A DNA stretch of 61,586 nt, the filler included, from Choristocarpus tenellus KU-1152 (taxonomy: Eukaryota > Protista > Phaeophyceae): assembly GCA_964200185.2 (NCBI GenBank). It is 10 parts of 10 records of this genome, joined end to end, with 100 filler letters (N's around TTAATTAATTAA, not from the genome) between each part and the next. Parts side by side here need not be neighbours in the genome. Positions count along the whole stretch, not along the records: positions 35,089 to 42,400 come from CAXNAD020006354.1; positions 42,501 to 46,269 come from CAXNAD020018029.1; positions 46,370 to 50,373 come from CAXNAD020016710.1; positions 50,474 to 55,096 come from CAXNAD020013750.1; 6 more parts are not named here. One strand, 5' to 3'. The notes beneath the pieces were generated by a model that saw only the letters and a program-made list of their open reading frames with translations, had not been told where the DNA came from and did not search any database. Below are positions 39,609 to 53,060 of the stretch, in pieces. The position numbers were made by a program, and so were the translations under genes. Positions within the stretch are counted from its first letter, which is position 1. Each line of letters begins with the position of its first letter.

Positions 39609-41514
39609 AGACGTTCTCGCAATAACTGGAAGACAAATCCTGTCTATCGAGCACCGACAACCCTAACCCTAATCCTCAACCCTAACATACTCAATGCAGA
39701 CTCCACCTGTCACCTTGAGCATAAATCTGCAACCGACTCAGTTGTTCATGAGCTCTTGACGATAATACTATCAAAGCTCAGTCTGAAATCTGATGCCTAT
39801 TGTATACTTTGTCAGAACATGCTTTAACTTAACTGGTCAAAATGACAACCCGACTAGACTCCAATCTCTATCTCAACTTGTGTCTATCCTGAACGAAACT
39901 CGGACAATTATGCACATGGGAATGATGATTCTTATTGAAGGCAGAACAAAAAATGCAGACAAACACTTATCCCGAGGAAAACCTGGTGCCTGATTCACTC
40001 ACTCCTCGATAACAAGGGAGAAGCCTACGTTTAAGTCTGCTCATTGATCGTAACACATCTGATATAATGTACATGACATATAAATACATATCTCCCCGGA
40101 GAATATTATTCATGGGACCTGCCCGTCCCTCTATTGTCTCTAACCCAACATAGAAGAGCGAGTCCCTACCCCATCCCTTAGTCTGCCGCACTGTGATGAT
40201 CTATTTGAATTTGAGCCAAAGTACAACAAAAATAAATCTAGACCTTCCCCCCACGCTGCTTAACCTCTCCACCCCCTCAGACATCACTACAAAAACTAAC
40301 CAGCATGTTGTAAACTTGCAATTGTTTTACTCCTCAACTGTATGCTATATGTTTAGAACCTTTTAGGAGGGCAGGGTTAGGAGTATCAGTGCTAGGAATT
40401 TTGTCCGGGTTAAGATCAGAAAACACCATTCCAACGCATATGAGCCAAAGTAGCATACGTTTCATAGCATACGAAGAGACATTTGATCAGGAGCTACTTG
40501 CCTGACCAACCCAATTTACTCCCAGCTTGTTTTCCTGACCTCCAAAAAGATTAGTGAAGCTCACGGTCTTTGACAACAGCAAGTACTTGATGGTCGAGTT
40601 GAAGGTGTACACAACGGCAGTGCAATTAATGAGAGCAAAAATGCAAGCAGTGGAGGCTACTCATCACTCATTTTACAACAGAAGTTGGAGTACTAAAAAA
40701 CTGGGGAGGTGCCGATTTTTTTTGGTAGAACAGGGAGAAAAGGGGTGGAATGGAAAATGATAGGAAATTAGCCCAAGGCCTTGGCAATACCAACAGTGCA
40801 CATGATCAGCATACTGACACCCCTCACCATTGAACAGGTCAAGCACCGCGAAAAGCAACCGATGCAGTCAGGGCAAGAAGCTGAGTCAGGGATATCATTG
40901 GGAATGGATAGAGTTGCATCACAAGAACAGCTTGCCCATCCTGGCAGCTTGTTTCATCTCTTGTGGCAAAGAAACAGGTGCCTTGAAAATTTTGCAGTGA
41001 CCATAATCATCGTACCATGAAAATATCAAATGGAAACATACTTGACATATATTGTCATCTGTTAGAACATAAGATCCAAACCAATTCTGACTTTCTGTGC
41101 TTCATGAAAAATAAAAATATAATAATGAATAGTTAACAAAACGACTGAGGCACTTCAAAAACGAACACCTTCAAGGTTAAGGTGCCCTTTTGGGGCATGC
41201 CCAATTCCAGATACAGTTGTGTTCGATTCCAGTGGGGAGGCAGTGCATTGGTTCTTCACCTCCACCCGAGAGGGGACTGTCAAGCGCAAGCTCAACAGGT
41301 GATCTGATAAGGCGTCACGTTTTGGACTGCAGCTTGAGCATCTAAATAAGAAAAACTTTGATTCTTGTGCAGAAAACTGCTCCAGACTATATTGAGTCAC
41401 TTGTTGGTTCAAAGTACACCCACGAACTAAGTGTCTCATCTGGAAAGCACGCATCACCTCCTGCTTCATGCCAAGAAAAATAAGAACATTTTGCACCAAC
41501 AGAATAGCCTATAA

Positions 41515-41782
41515 GAGTGAAAGTATCTTAGAGGGTACTAGAGGGTACGAGGTTTGCCCTGTTTGTCCATTTGGGGCTTGGCTTCTCATGGGTTCTTTAA
41601 GGCATTCTCCTACTCCAAAATGTGTTGAAGTAGGTAAATTGTACACGTTATGAAAAGTTGTGTCCAGAACATGGATATTGACACTTCCTAACAAACACAA
41701 TGGCCAAAATTACATCAAAATCGTAACATTGGATTTTGGTCCCCAAATGGACGCGATTCTACCCTCTAAGATACTTTGGGTC
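41515..41782. mobile_element. MITE family A
   Basis: Full TIRs with a local TAGAGGGTAC duplication; ATAA on both sides (TSD length ambiguous). Confidence 0.87.
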
Positions 41783-42543
41783 ATAATATTATATATATAT
41801 ATATGTATTGATGTGATAACCTTGAACTCTCTTTGTACATAGCAACTTGTACTGCATTGATTTGGCATCGCTTCCCGTTTCCCCTGCATAACCTGTCCAA
41901 CACTCCCCTGCATTTGAAATGTTGTGATCATAATATATACAACCGTATACAATATACAATCTGAAACTGTTGTGATCATAATGTATACAACCGTATACAA
42001 CCGTATACAATCTGAAACTGTTGGTGGCAGTAATGCACGTCGTTCACGCCTGTTCCAAGAGTTCTGCAAAGACTGTCGAGGCCCCCAAGATCCAGTGGCG
42101 GTGCTTATTGCATGGCCCTCCTTTTCTAGAAGGTCGCCGACCACATCCACCCTGAATTACCATCCGCAGAGAAAGCATGAGGCCGGGGTGGCATCTACTT
42201 CTTTGAACTGTTCAACATCCAATGTAGGTTGTCCATTGCAAGTTTCTATTGAAGCTCACTCCATACGTTCAGTACCCTGACTCTTGAGTCCCCTATAGAT
42301 AGATTTTCCTTCCCTTGACTCTTGAGAAAATACTCCACCCCCTATTCGCTTCACTTTTGCTCTCTATTGCTCTCGTTTGGGGCTTAACGTATCTGGGGGG
42401 NNNNNNNNNNNNNNNNNNNNNNNNNNNNNNNNNNNNNNNNNNNNTTAATTAATTAANNNNNNNNNNNNNNNNNNNNNNNNNNNNNNNNNNNNNNNNNNNN
42501 GGGAGGGGTTTTTCAGGTCGTTGCACAGGGTCGAGCAGCTTAG

Positions 42544-42672
42544 GGGTGAAGGTATGTGGGAGGGGGGGGTGGTTTGTGAGGGGGCGTCCGTTTCTGTTAC
42601 ACACCAAAAATGTGAAAATCGAAAAAAGGGTGAAAAATGGACGCCGACACCCCCCCCCAGATACTTTGACCC
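42544..42672. mobile_element. Short MITE with G-run TIRs related to family A termini
   Basis: GGGTGAAGGTATGTGGG...CCCCAGATACTTTGACCC; the same CCCCCCAGATACTTTGGGTC terminus begins the contigs at 13052 and 35089. Confidence 0.55.
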
Positions 42673-43069
42673 TTATGCCAACAATATGGTCACAGGCCAG
42701 CCCACAAATAACTGATGACCATGGACTCAGTCATGTTTGAACTTGGTTGTACATTACCAACTGGTGACCCTGGTCATGTTGAGGGTGAAGGCTACATGGA
42801 CTCGGCCACGTTCGAACTTGCTTGTACGTGGTTGACCAATATCCCCAGTCATGTTGAAGTAGTGATGGTCATAGACTTGGTCATGTCAAAACATATTTTA
42901 TCTATGGTTGGCCAGGCGATACTTTTTCGACACTCGGACCACTGGCCACGTCATGACTGTGGTTCCCCATTCACCGTGCACCATTCCGTCCACTTGATGT
43001 ACCTTGTATCCCATACCACTACCACTAATGTAAATTCGAAATGCTGTAAGTACTTTATCATACAATTTT

Positions 43070-43620
43070 TTTAATATAATGCTCCCTGACAGTTTGCAGA
43101 TGAGTCAGGGAATATATATATATATGTAACAAGGACTGTCGTTAATGCAAAAGATACCTCTCTTGAACAATTTACTATTTGAAAACTAACAATTACAACA
43201 ATGCTCCCTTAAAGGTTGGTAACTACGACGTAATGCATGGACTACTATGCTTCTGACTTAGCCTAGCCCTACGATGGTGGACAAGGAGCTAGGGAAGCAT
43301 CGAGCCAAAGTAAACGTGAGTTACCCAGGTTTGCTGTTTTCCATTTTAAGCCATTTTTTACATATTTTGGGAGTCATCCTTGTTTCTATAGATGAAGTAG
43401 TAAGATGGACTTGAGATTGTATCTCTCTATTATTTGAAGTTTTTGACAGAATTCAGTAAAGTCCCTAAACATATTTGAATAAACAAAAAAAATAGTTGAC
43501 GCATCCCTTAAATACAACCCTGGGTATCTCTCATTATACTTCGGCTTATCTCAAGAATCTGACAGGCCCCCTTCTTGCCCGTCTGCTTGGTACTTCTACC
43601 TTGAAATGCACGACGTATCT
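43070..43620 (+). repeat. Dispersed copy of the 8095-8410 repeat, interrupted by a MITE
   Basis: Collinear blocks CTCCCTT..AGGTTGGTAA, TAGCCCTAC..GGTGG...GGAGCTAGGGAAGCATC and AAGAATCTGAC...CTTGCCC.TCTGC.TGGT are shared with 8240-8400. Confidence 0.8.
43302..43547. mobile_element. 246-bp MITE with 3-bp TSD ATC
   Basis: Imperfect ~30-bp TIRs GAGCCAAAGTAAACGTGAGTTACCCAGG / CCTGGGTATCTCTCATTATACTTCGGCTT; ATC is duplicated here, and the paralogous empty site at 8339-8341 has a single ATC. Confidence 0.85.
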
Positions 43621-46216
43621 TGAGAAACATGCCCGTGCAGTGATGGGCGCTATCTTTCCCAAACGGGACTTGACAACCCCTTTCCTACCTTGCTCCCCTC
43701 TCCCTTCCCCCTACTGCGTGGAAGGCTACCTCATCCCAAAAAAACTCTGCTTACTTTCTGAGGCACCGAAAACTTGCCACCGCAAAGTTGTTTAGATTAC
43801 ACCTACCAGTGCACATTCGCGCTTCAGCTGCAGCAACAGCTACTACACCATTGCCGATGGATGAATGAGCCAGATGACAAGTTCCATGGGACTTCTGTAA
43901 GAGCCACATCCAGGAGGGGGCCTTTGTCCCGGTAGGGAGCTGAGTCAGTGTCTGAGAATATCCCCACATGGAACACCACATCCATACGCAAGTTCAAGCT
44001 CACTATGAATGGGCTACCTTCCTCCGTAGTGCAATTGGTGCCCGTTCCCTGGCAGAGGGGTCTAGGCCTTTTCACCATCGATGTGTGCTGGGTATTTGTC
44101 TTCTCGCCCTTGGGAAGGTGTGGGCATGTCGGGTGTCGACATTATGCCTTTGCACCCGGCAATTGGGCACGTATTGGATAGGACCTCCTCTTTTCCCTAG
44201 GGATCTGCTGGCGGCAAGTCTAAACTCTACAGGAGGAACCGGGCATGCTGGTTCCAGGGTTTGTGTAGATGCCCATGCATTTACCCCTAGTCCATACTGT
44301 CCAGTGGTGGGCAAGTGCTAGTTAAGAACTTTCCCTCCCTTGTTCCCCTGTATAATCTTGTAGGTAGGTTGGCCAATTGCCCACTTCCCACAAAACCACC
44401 ACCATGCTATGGGCGTGTCCAACTATTCTTGCAGTGGCACCTCGCCTTGTATCATCCACATCGGTCAATAGTATCCTAGGCTAGACTAGACTAGATCGTC
44501 CATTTGGGAGTTGATAGGGTGTCTTATAATATCCCAGTTTGATGCCACTTTTGCGGATAATTTCCCTTTGGGTTTGGTATAGGCAAAGGGATCGTAGAGG
44601 AAATGCGTCTAGATGAAGGAAATCGAGTTTACATCTGACATGTTCAATTAAGCGACATGGAAATCACCTTAGGGTAACGAATGGCCCAAATGGACGCCTG
44701 ACCCCCCGTGAGAAGTGTACTGTCGTCATCCTCTTCCATCACAAAAAACTTGTTTCCCTTCTATTTAAATATATTCTTGTACGTATTTTAACATTATTTT
44801 CTAATAACTATTTTGAATACAAAAAAATTGATACATCATCAAATGGATAAGTGGTAAATACCAACACCATTCAGATCAAGCCCTCAAAACTGTACCTCTA
44901 CTATAGAATACACCATGAACCGTTCAGATTTGTACACTCAATATCTATGGATGAATATCTTCCCACATGGCGAATTAGAGTGGGGGGTGGTCACCAACTG
45001 GTTCCTCATGAAGAGCAGGCCTTGTGAACATTTCAATATACCACTAATTCATCAAGCCCAACTTGATCGGGAAGCAAGATTGTAAGGCCTTGAATCCTGG
45101 GTTTTGATACCTCCCCATCCTCGATCACCAACTTAGTACTGCGCTAGATGTGCAGCAACTAAATATGTTACAACTTTGACACAGTTTTGCGATGCCATTA
45201 CAGGCTGTTGAAGTCGAACTGTGCGCGTTTTGGAGCTGAAGTGGTGGAGAACGGTCTCTGGTGTGGAGGAATAACCTCCCAAATCAGATGTGGGGTGATG
45301 TTTCATCGTAATTTGTACTGTTCTCAGGATGTGGTACACGTATATCAGTGTTGTGTGGCTTGCAATGAATATATGGTGCAGGGAAATCATTGCGCTGAAG
45401 TGTATTGTGATTTGTGCACTGTGCCACTAGAGAGCCTTCTTCGCCCTTCACACCTCACTTCCAAAATAAGCTATTAGTTTATTTGCATAGTAAATTGCGC
45501 CGTTCTGGGACTGTAGTACATGGAATTGTGTGCTTTGTGACTCGAGATGAAAAATATGGCATTATTCAAGCCTTGTATGAAAGCGATGCATCTGTGTGCA
45601 CTGTGCCGGTAGAGAAGGCTGCAGATATATCATGTTTATTGCGGATGTATTTACAGGGCGTATAGCAGGAGTGTGTTGATAGAACTACTGTTGTACTGGG
45701 GTTTTTTGGGGGGATGTCCAGAACATGGTTACAGGTGATAAGAACATCCCTAAAACATAACTTTTCAAAGCCTCTATTGAGTGCACGAATCCATAAAAAT
45801 GTTGTGATGATGTGTTTGGAAGCTGCCATCCATGTTGAGTCTAGCAAAACTGACCACCTACTCACCAAAAACGTCTTCTGGAGGTAATGATGTTCATAAC
45901 AATCAGGGCTTTATACCGAGCCAGCAAACAAAAAATGTTCCGTTCACCAGCCTGACCGGTCCCCACAATTATTAAACGTCCCAGTCCATATCTACCAGAT
46001 ATTGAACCAGTTTATGTCTATTTCCGGACCGGTCCCACAGTTGTTACACATTTCCCAGTCCATACCTACTAGGTATTGAGGCTCAAAGTACCTAGGGAGG
46101 GGTGACGGCTGTCCATTTGGGGCCCATTTTTTCATGTCGCGATTATTGGTTGATTTGGTTGCATGCGTTGGATGGATAATATAAATGCACTTCTGCTGGT
46201 CAGGGTTCAAATGGAC

Positions 46217-46249
<33 letters not shown>

Positions 46250-48600
46250 ACAAAACTCACCCTCACACCNNNNNNNNNNNNNNNNNNNNNNNNNNNNNNN
46301 NNNNNNNNNNNNNTTAATTAATTAANNNNNNNNNNNNNNNNNNNNNNNNNNNNNNNNNNNNNNNNNNNNCCCTTCACCTCCCACACGCTGCCCTGGCATA
46401 TCAACCTATTGGCCCCCGTTTTTTTTTTGGGGGGGCGGGGTATGTTTGAGACTGTAGGAACACGGAGACGTGGATGTATCACAGGAAGGTGTGTAAGTTG
46501 AGCAATGACAGTTGGGGGGAGTGGAAGGGGGTACAGTATATAGGCCGTTGCCAACTTCTGCACCAACACCACCACTACGCACAACAGTAGTACCGTAACG
46601 GACAGCTCTCACGGGACAAAAGTATACATTTTTTTACTCTCCCCTCTCTCGAAAAAAAAAAGCTACTCAAAAAAGACCTGCAAGCACATGATGCTGAGTA
46701 TTGAACCCCTCGATGATTCTGACTGAACACCAATGGAGGGGGCTGTATCACAACAAATAACGCCTCACCTCAACCAACTCCCAAACCCGCTGCAGCCAAA
46801 ATCAAGATGTACGGAGCTCTTTCATCTGGTCTATAACCAATGCCTTAGGGCAGGTGTTTTGCACCCGTTCAGGACCAGAGTACCATTCAATTTGTTTCTG
46901 CACTATTGCACTGTGGTAACCTGTAAGTGCACAACAGCCTCCATTTTTTTTTTTCAGAGTTGAGAGAAACCCGTATCTTTAGGTACCAGGTAGAAAATAA
47001 GAATATCTGACAGAAGAGATAAAAGATTCAAACACGAGGAATTCCCCCCCCCCCAGCATATCACTCTGCATGTATTGCAACAGACATAAATCCTTTTCTA
47101 CCTCCCACCTATCCATGCGAGATTGCTGAAAATCTTACCAACCTCTTACTGAGTCAAGCACAGGACCCTTAGTACACGCTGGTAGTACCTATCAAACCCC
47201 CTAACACCCATCCCCTCACAATTGAATCAAACTCTCAGTATAGTTATCATGGTTTTACACCAACTCAACAGTTAACTGAGCCAAGCCCACATCAATTCCT
47301 ATTACCATCTGTGACGGCTCTTGTCCGGCTCTGACAAAACATATTCTTCTACTAGGGCCCGCCCAATTCCTGACCCCTCATAGAACTCTGATGAACTTGG
47401 ACTAAAAAGGATCAGAACTGGGCCAGCGCAGCCGAAACACGCCGGTCCAGCCCCATATAGTCCCAAATACATTCGCGAATATATATACATTTGTAGAAAT
47501 CCTTTCAGCCAAGTAAGAACTTTGCAGTTCTGTTGTATGTATATGTATATTATATATATATATATATCTTTCTGAACACTGAATGGCCCGGCCCACTATT
47601 TTGAGGCCCTGGCCTTGCTGTGTTGAAACATAAAAACCATTTTATAGGGTCTAAACCGTGCACTGGCCCTGTCTGAAACACTCTTACCTCCCTTGTAATT
47701 ACTGACAGGTTCGACCCTAAGGTGCTGAGTAGAGGTGGGGGAAATAATGGTGCGCAACTGTTGAATGGGGCCGGTTGCTGCTCGCCGTCCTTTACAGGAA
47801 TCGATAAAATAGGTGTTTATTGAACTTCCAGACACTTCTGCGGTTCCTCAAATTTCAATGTAAAACATGCATAAAAAAGTATGATCTGATGACTTCTAAA
47901 AATACTGTGAATGTTTTGTCTCCCTCTTGAAGAATTGCACCATACAGAAAGTGGGCGTTGACTGCGAAATGCCGGACCTGACCTTACCCTTCAGGATAGG
48001 GAAGTCAAGATATTGAAAGCAAGACCCAATCCTCACTATTCTCATTAAAGCTACAGGTGAAAACAGAAGGGGGGAGAGGGTTCCTCTGCAACCATTCAGC
48101 CTCAATACACGACTCCCCATTTAAGTACTGCAGATCCTGTTTGAGGGCAGGGTGACAACACTCCTAATTAACTGGGTACTAAGACAAAGCTCTTGCCTGA
48201 GTGCACATGTCTACATGTGTACATGCACCTCAACATACAAAAGAGAAGGGTGACCAGAAGGAGGGAAAAAGTCAACGTACTTGGAGGGGACAAAATGCAC
48301 AAATCATATCCATCCTGGGCCCTCGAAAACAAAATAGAGGGAGATGTCCAGGAATAGTGTACAAATTGGACAAGATTTGTGCTTTTGTGCAATCTTCAGG
48401 GTTGCAGGGTGTGTAAGAATAGGTGTTAAGACAGGCTAAGCTGAGTAAGAAACAACCACACCGTATGCAGTAAACCGTGCGCGCGGGTGCCTGTCATTAT
48501 CTACTATTAAAAAAATCTCCAAATTTCAACACTTTAGAATTCCATTTCTATCCTCCCCCCTCATGCATTCTCAGTGCCTTTTATCATCCCCCTTCCGCAC

Positions 48601-49131
48601 CTCAAAATGTTCAGGCCCGAGAGCTTTCTTCTTGATGTCAAGGGCACGCCGGCAGAGAGTCTCAGCCTCCTCCAGCTTCCCATCCTTATGAAGCAGGTGA
48701 ACAAGACCGTCAAGGTCCGCGGCAACATCAAGGTGGTTCATCCCATGTTGCTTTTGAGCCTTGACGCAGTGTCGAGAGTAAAGCATCTCTGCCTCATCTA
48801 GCTTGCCCTGCGGGTCTCATGGTGGAGGGGTCGAAGTTAAAGCAAATGCTGATGGTCATCTGTGGGAGTTGCTCGGGTGGTAGCATCATCATTTTTGACA
48901 CCTCTTTCACATACATACACACATGAATGGGCAGTAATACAGTTGGGTAGCAAAACCTTGGAGTTTCTCGATAGTTATCACCCCATACTTATCACTTGGC
49001 CCTCATCCCACCTGTTTCTCTAGCATCCAGCCCATGGATGATAGCTCCGCTGCACTCTTGGGATTCTTTGGGACAAGAGCACGTCGGCGCATCCCCAGAA
49101 TGGAGGTGTTGCTCAAGGATTTGACCATGCC
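48601..49131 (-). CDS. TPR-repeat protein (kinesin-light-chain/NB-ARC-TPR-type repeats), two internal exons
   Basis: Phase-0 exons 49012-49131 (GMVK...RRRALVPKNPKSAAELSSMGWMLEKQ) and 48601-48807 (GKLDEAEMLYSRH...HLDVAADLDGLVHLLHKDGKLEEAETLCRRALDIKKKALGPEHFE), both with AG/GT borders. Confidence 0.85.
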
Positions 49132-51801
49132 CTATTCGAACGGACAGAATGCGGGAGGAAGGAGTGAGAGGTATGTGTAAACTCTATCTTGTCCTTCTGA
49201 GTTCTTAAATTAATCTCATCTCGGAAAATATAAAGAGCCTAACAGCGTACCCGAGCTTTATCACCCAATGAAACAATGAGCACTAGGACACTTACCCTCA
49301 TCCCCTTTCGGGTCGATTTCTTGTCACTACTGTTGCGGGTCTGCACAGGAGACGTTGGCTGGGAATTCGAACCCTTCTCACAGGGACTTGCAGTTACGCC
49401 GCTTACGTGCCATGTTTCATGCCTAAGGATTTTGCCGGGCGGGAGAGTCGACATGTCCTTAACAGAGTCAGCAACTGTTTGGGACCTGGACGAATTGATC
49501 GAGAGGAAGTCTACTTGACTCACAACAGGTGCAAATGCATGTACAAATTTTCAACAATCTTTGTTGGGGCAGGACCACTTTTTTTGGTCTTTGATGACTG
49601 GACAGTCCAATCAATCAATTTGGTACTAATATATTCTGCGAACCGACAACCTCCCAAAATACAAACCTCCTCCTACATATTCTCATATACGAACTATTCT
49701 ATTAAACGAAGTGATTCCCGTCCACCCGTCCATCCATTTGTTCACAGGGGTACATAGAGTACGTGATGCATTTTGTATGTTTTTTTGAAGGTATAATGGT
49801 AGTAATGTTGGTATTGTAATTTATTTAATGAAATATTTGGGTGAGAGGAGTTAGATCATTTCCTGGAAGTTAACCCCACTTTTTACCTTGAGTGCTTAAA
49901 ACCTTGAAGGGAAATCTTCCCTAGTACCACCATAAATATTCTTCTGTCCCTCTCCTCCTCACGGTCCTCAGGTTCATTGACAGATTAATTTGTGCACAGT
50001 TTTTCTACTCTATGATGACGTGATTTCCAAACGTTTACTATTTGGAAGATGTGGTATCCATCAAAAAGCAATACACGAAAACAAGAGAAGCAAATGAGAA
50101 AATATCGTATACACAATATAAAGGGGAGATGTATCCAGAGACTAATAGAGAAGTTACATAGATACAAACATTGGGTACTAATTATCGGAGATTATTTCAA
50201 TGCATGATGAAATGATGATGGCCAAACATTTCATTGGTAGCAAGCCTTCTAAGTTCGTGTACATTGCACGCGCGAGTTCGAATCTCACCAGTGTCACCAA
50301 TGCAAATCGTGTGATTCTGTGGCGGCATGGTTCACTCAGGCAAGGGTGGTGAAGAGAATCACCGGGCAAGACGNNNNNNNNNNNNNNNNNNNNNNNNNNN
50401 NNNNNNNNNNNNNNNNNTTAATTAATTAANNNNNNNNNNNNNNNNNNNNNNNNNNNNNNNNNNNNNNNNNNNNATACACATTTTACCTACTCCGAAATAT
50501 TTGGGAGTAGAAAAATGTCATAAAAAACACCATGGGAAGCCGAGCTCCAAATGGACAAACAGGGCAAAACTCGTACCCTCTAAGATACTTTCACTCGTAA
50601 GTAGTATGAGAAGTTTTGGGGTTTGTAATACCTCTGATCGCAGGTAGGGATAGTCCCGGTCAAAAGTATCAAAAACACTGAGTATGTATATATACTTCGA
50701 AGTATGCATCAAGAATAACTGTGAGTATTACGAAAGAAGGTGATTACATTATTCAAAAGCATCAACTATATATTCAAGACCATTCACAACACGCAATATG
50801 TGAGTAGGTGTAATATAATCATTCTCATAAGGTATTTTCTATGTACTCCAAAATACTATAATTTCAGTGAGGCAGTCGGTGAAGACAACAAAAATATGTT
50901 CAGAACACGAGCTTAGTGAGTCGGCGTATCATTCAATTCTGATTATCGGTACGAAAGGAACTAGTATGTGGGTATGTGTCCGAAACTCGAATAATTCTTG
51001 TCCAAAACGGATAAATATGCAGAAGTGAAAGATAAGGGACACACGTACCTGGTGGTATGGTTGGATTTTTTTTTTTTGATAAGTAGCACAGGGTATGAAT
51101 CAATTACAGGTATTTTTGAGATGGTTGAAATGAGGTAGAAAATACAAATCCCAGGGAAAACGTATCCATATTTCAAACCTTCACTGGATGAAGTATTTTC
51201 TGGTAGAGAGCGTATGTTACGATGCTTGCATGGGTATAGGTTGTGCTGTTAGGAGTGTGACAGGACTCGAGAAATATAGCATTGACTGTTGATAATGTAA
51301 ACAGTGAATCACCTCAAAGTATTTGGGGTCAAGGGATGAAATGCAACGAGACCATAGACATTTGGTGCAATATGCTAATGACAGACACTAAATTGTATGT
51401 ATCCCTGTATGTTACTGTGTGGGACTGGCCTTCCAGAACTTGTTCATAGACGTTTTTTGTCACATAGGAATTTCAGCGTTTAAGTGTTTTGTGCTCATGT
51501 AGACTCATTAATTCTTCAGTTCTCTACACAGGATGCCATCTCTTTATCCTTCTCCTCTTGATGATTTTCTTCTACATACTCCTCAAACTCTTAACACTTG
51601 AAAAATCAAAATCAGGTTTCAACAGAAGGGTGGGGAGGTTTTTTTCTCGTCTACACCCTATCCTTTAATCAAGTAATAAGTGTATCTATTGCCACTCCTG
51701 GTGACTTACAGTACAGGGTACGAACCCCAATATGACCGGTCTTTCTTCGAAAAAATAATAATATGGCGAAAAAACGAAGTCCGTACTCTGGAGGGCCTTG
51801 T

Positions 51802-52591
51802 TGTTGAAACCTGATTTTGTATCAGTTGTGTGTTGCTGTGATGTGTCTGGTTTGTGACGAAGGAGATCATAGCGCAATAAAGCACTGATTGATTTGTTCC
51901 GGTAGGTCTGATGACATGTTGTATTCTGTCAGACACTGTTCGATGTGAAGGTATGTTTGGTGGTGCTGCGACTAACACGGTTAGAGGCAAGTATGTGTCA
52001 TAGTGCAACAAGACACCTACCTGCGGTTTCGGTTTGGTATGCCTGAAGGGATGTCTTACTCGATCAGACTTTGGTTGAAGTGAGATGGGTACTGGTATGT
52101 CTGTGGCATATTTTACTCAAGCAGACGGTGATTGATAGAAACTATGTGGTCATTCATTGAGATATTCAAATGAAGAAATTCATTCTCTGTGAAGAGGGTT
52201 GTCACCTTGGCAGAGAAGGGTTTTGAAGGATGCTTTTAACTCTGTTGATATTGCATCCCGGTGTGTGTCATATGTGTTGCAGAGTGATGGGGGACGTCTT
52301 ATTGAGGGGGTAATGTCAGTGACGTAATAAAAAAGAATCAACACATGCTATGGAAGTGATAATTTGTGTGAAAAAGAAGAAGTAACACAGGAAGAAAGAA
52401 GAAGCCAAGCTTGGATCCATATCTAACGTAACTACTGTCATGCATCTTCTGCGTGAGTGTTGCGATGAGCTAATGAGCTAATGATGTAAATGGGAATAGC
52501 GACCATTGCAATGGACAAATCAACGTTCAGTATGGACTGACGATGCTGTATCCTATCGAAGCAAATCGAATGAGTAGCCTATGCTTTAACA
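51802..52591 (+). mobile_element. Solo LTR (790 bp)
   Basis: TGTTGAAA...TTTAACA termini; perfect 5-bp TSD CTTGT (51797-51801 / 52592-52596); paralogs at 17495, 21775 and 26312. Confidence 0.9.
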
Positions 52592-52769
52592 CTTGTGAAG
52601 GGCATGACGAATATGCCTTTATTTTCTTAATCCGATGTCTACATCAAACGTAATGAAAGGACAACCCTCCAGGCCGAAGCTACTCACGAAAAGTCCGCTC
52701 GAGAATGCCTGTTCAGGTACTTCTTGACACATGTCCAGGAGGGGGGAATTGCGTCTCATCTGTTTTTTG

Positions 52770-53060
52770 GCGCAGCACTGCTCTTTGGGGGGATGGCAAC
52801 GGCTTAGCACATCTCAACATAGAAGTTAAAGCTACGTTACATGCAGCAAACCCCAGAGGGTGCAATATTCCACCAATGCAGGTATTGGAGTCATGCAAAT
52901 TTCCAATAGCGTTTCCCCCAGAGGATAAGAGCGAAATGTGACATTTAGGATAGTGGTGGGGCTGCCTTACGAAATGATTTTAGGATCAGCATTTTGTAGA
53001 CAACACAGAGCGTACCGTCATTTAGAGAAGGTCGAGACTTCTGACCATCCCCACAGTCAC
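52770..53060 (+). pseudogene. Degraded Ty3/Gypsy protease fragment
   Basis: ALWG.G...LHAANP...TFRIVVGLPYEMILGSAFCRQH resembles the retroviral-type aspartic protease C-terminal ILG motif. Confidence 0.45.

Noticed and set aside
49430-49520. SRP RNA (GCCGGGCG start)
   Set aside because: Only 8 nt match; no Alu-domain or helix-8 motif follows.
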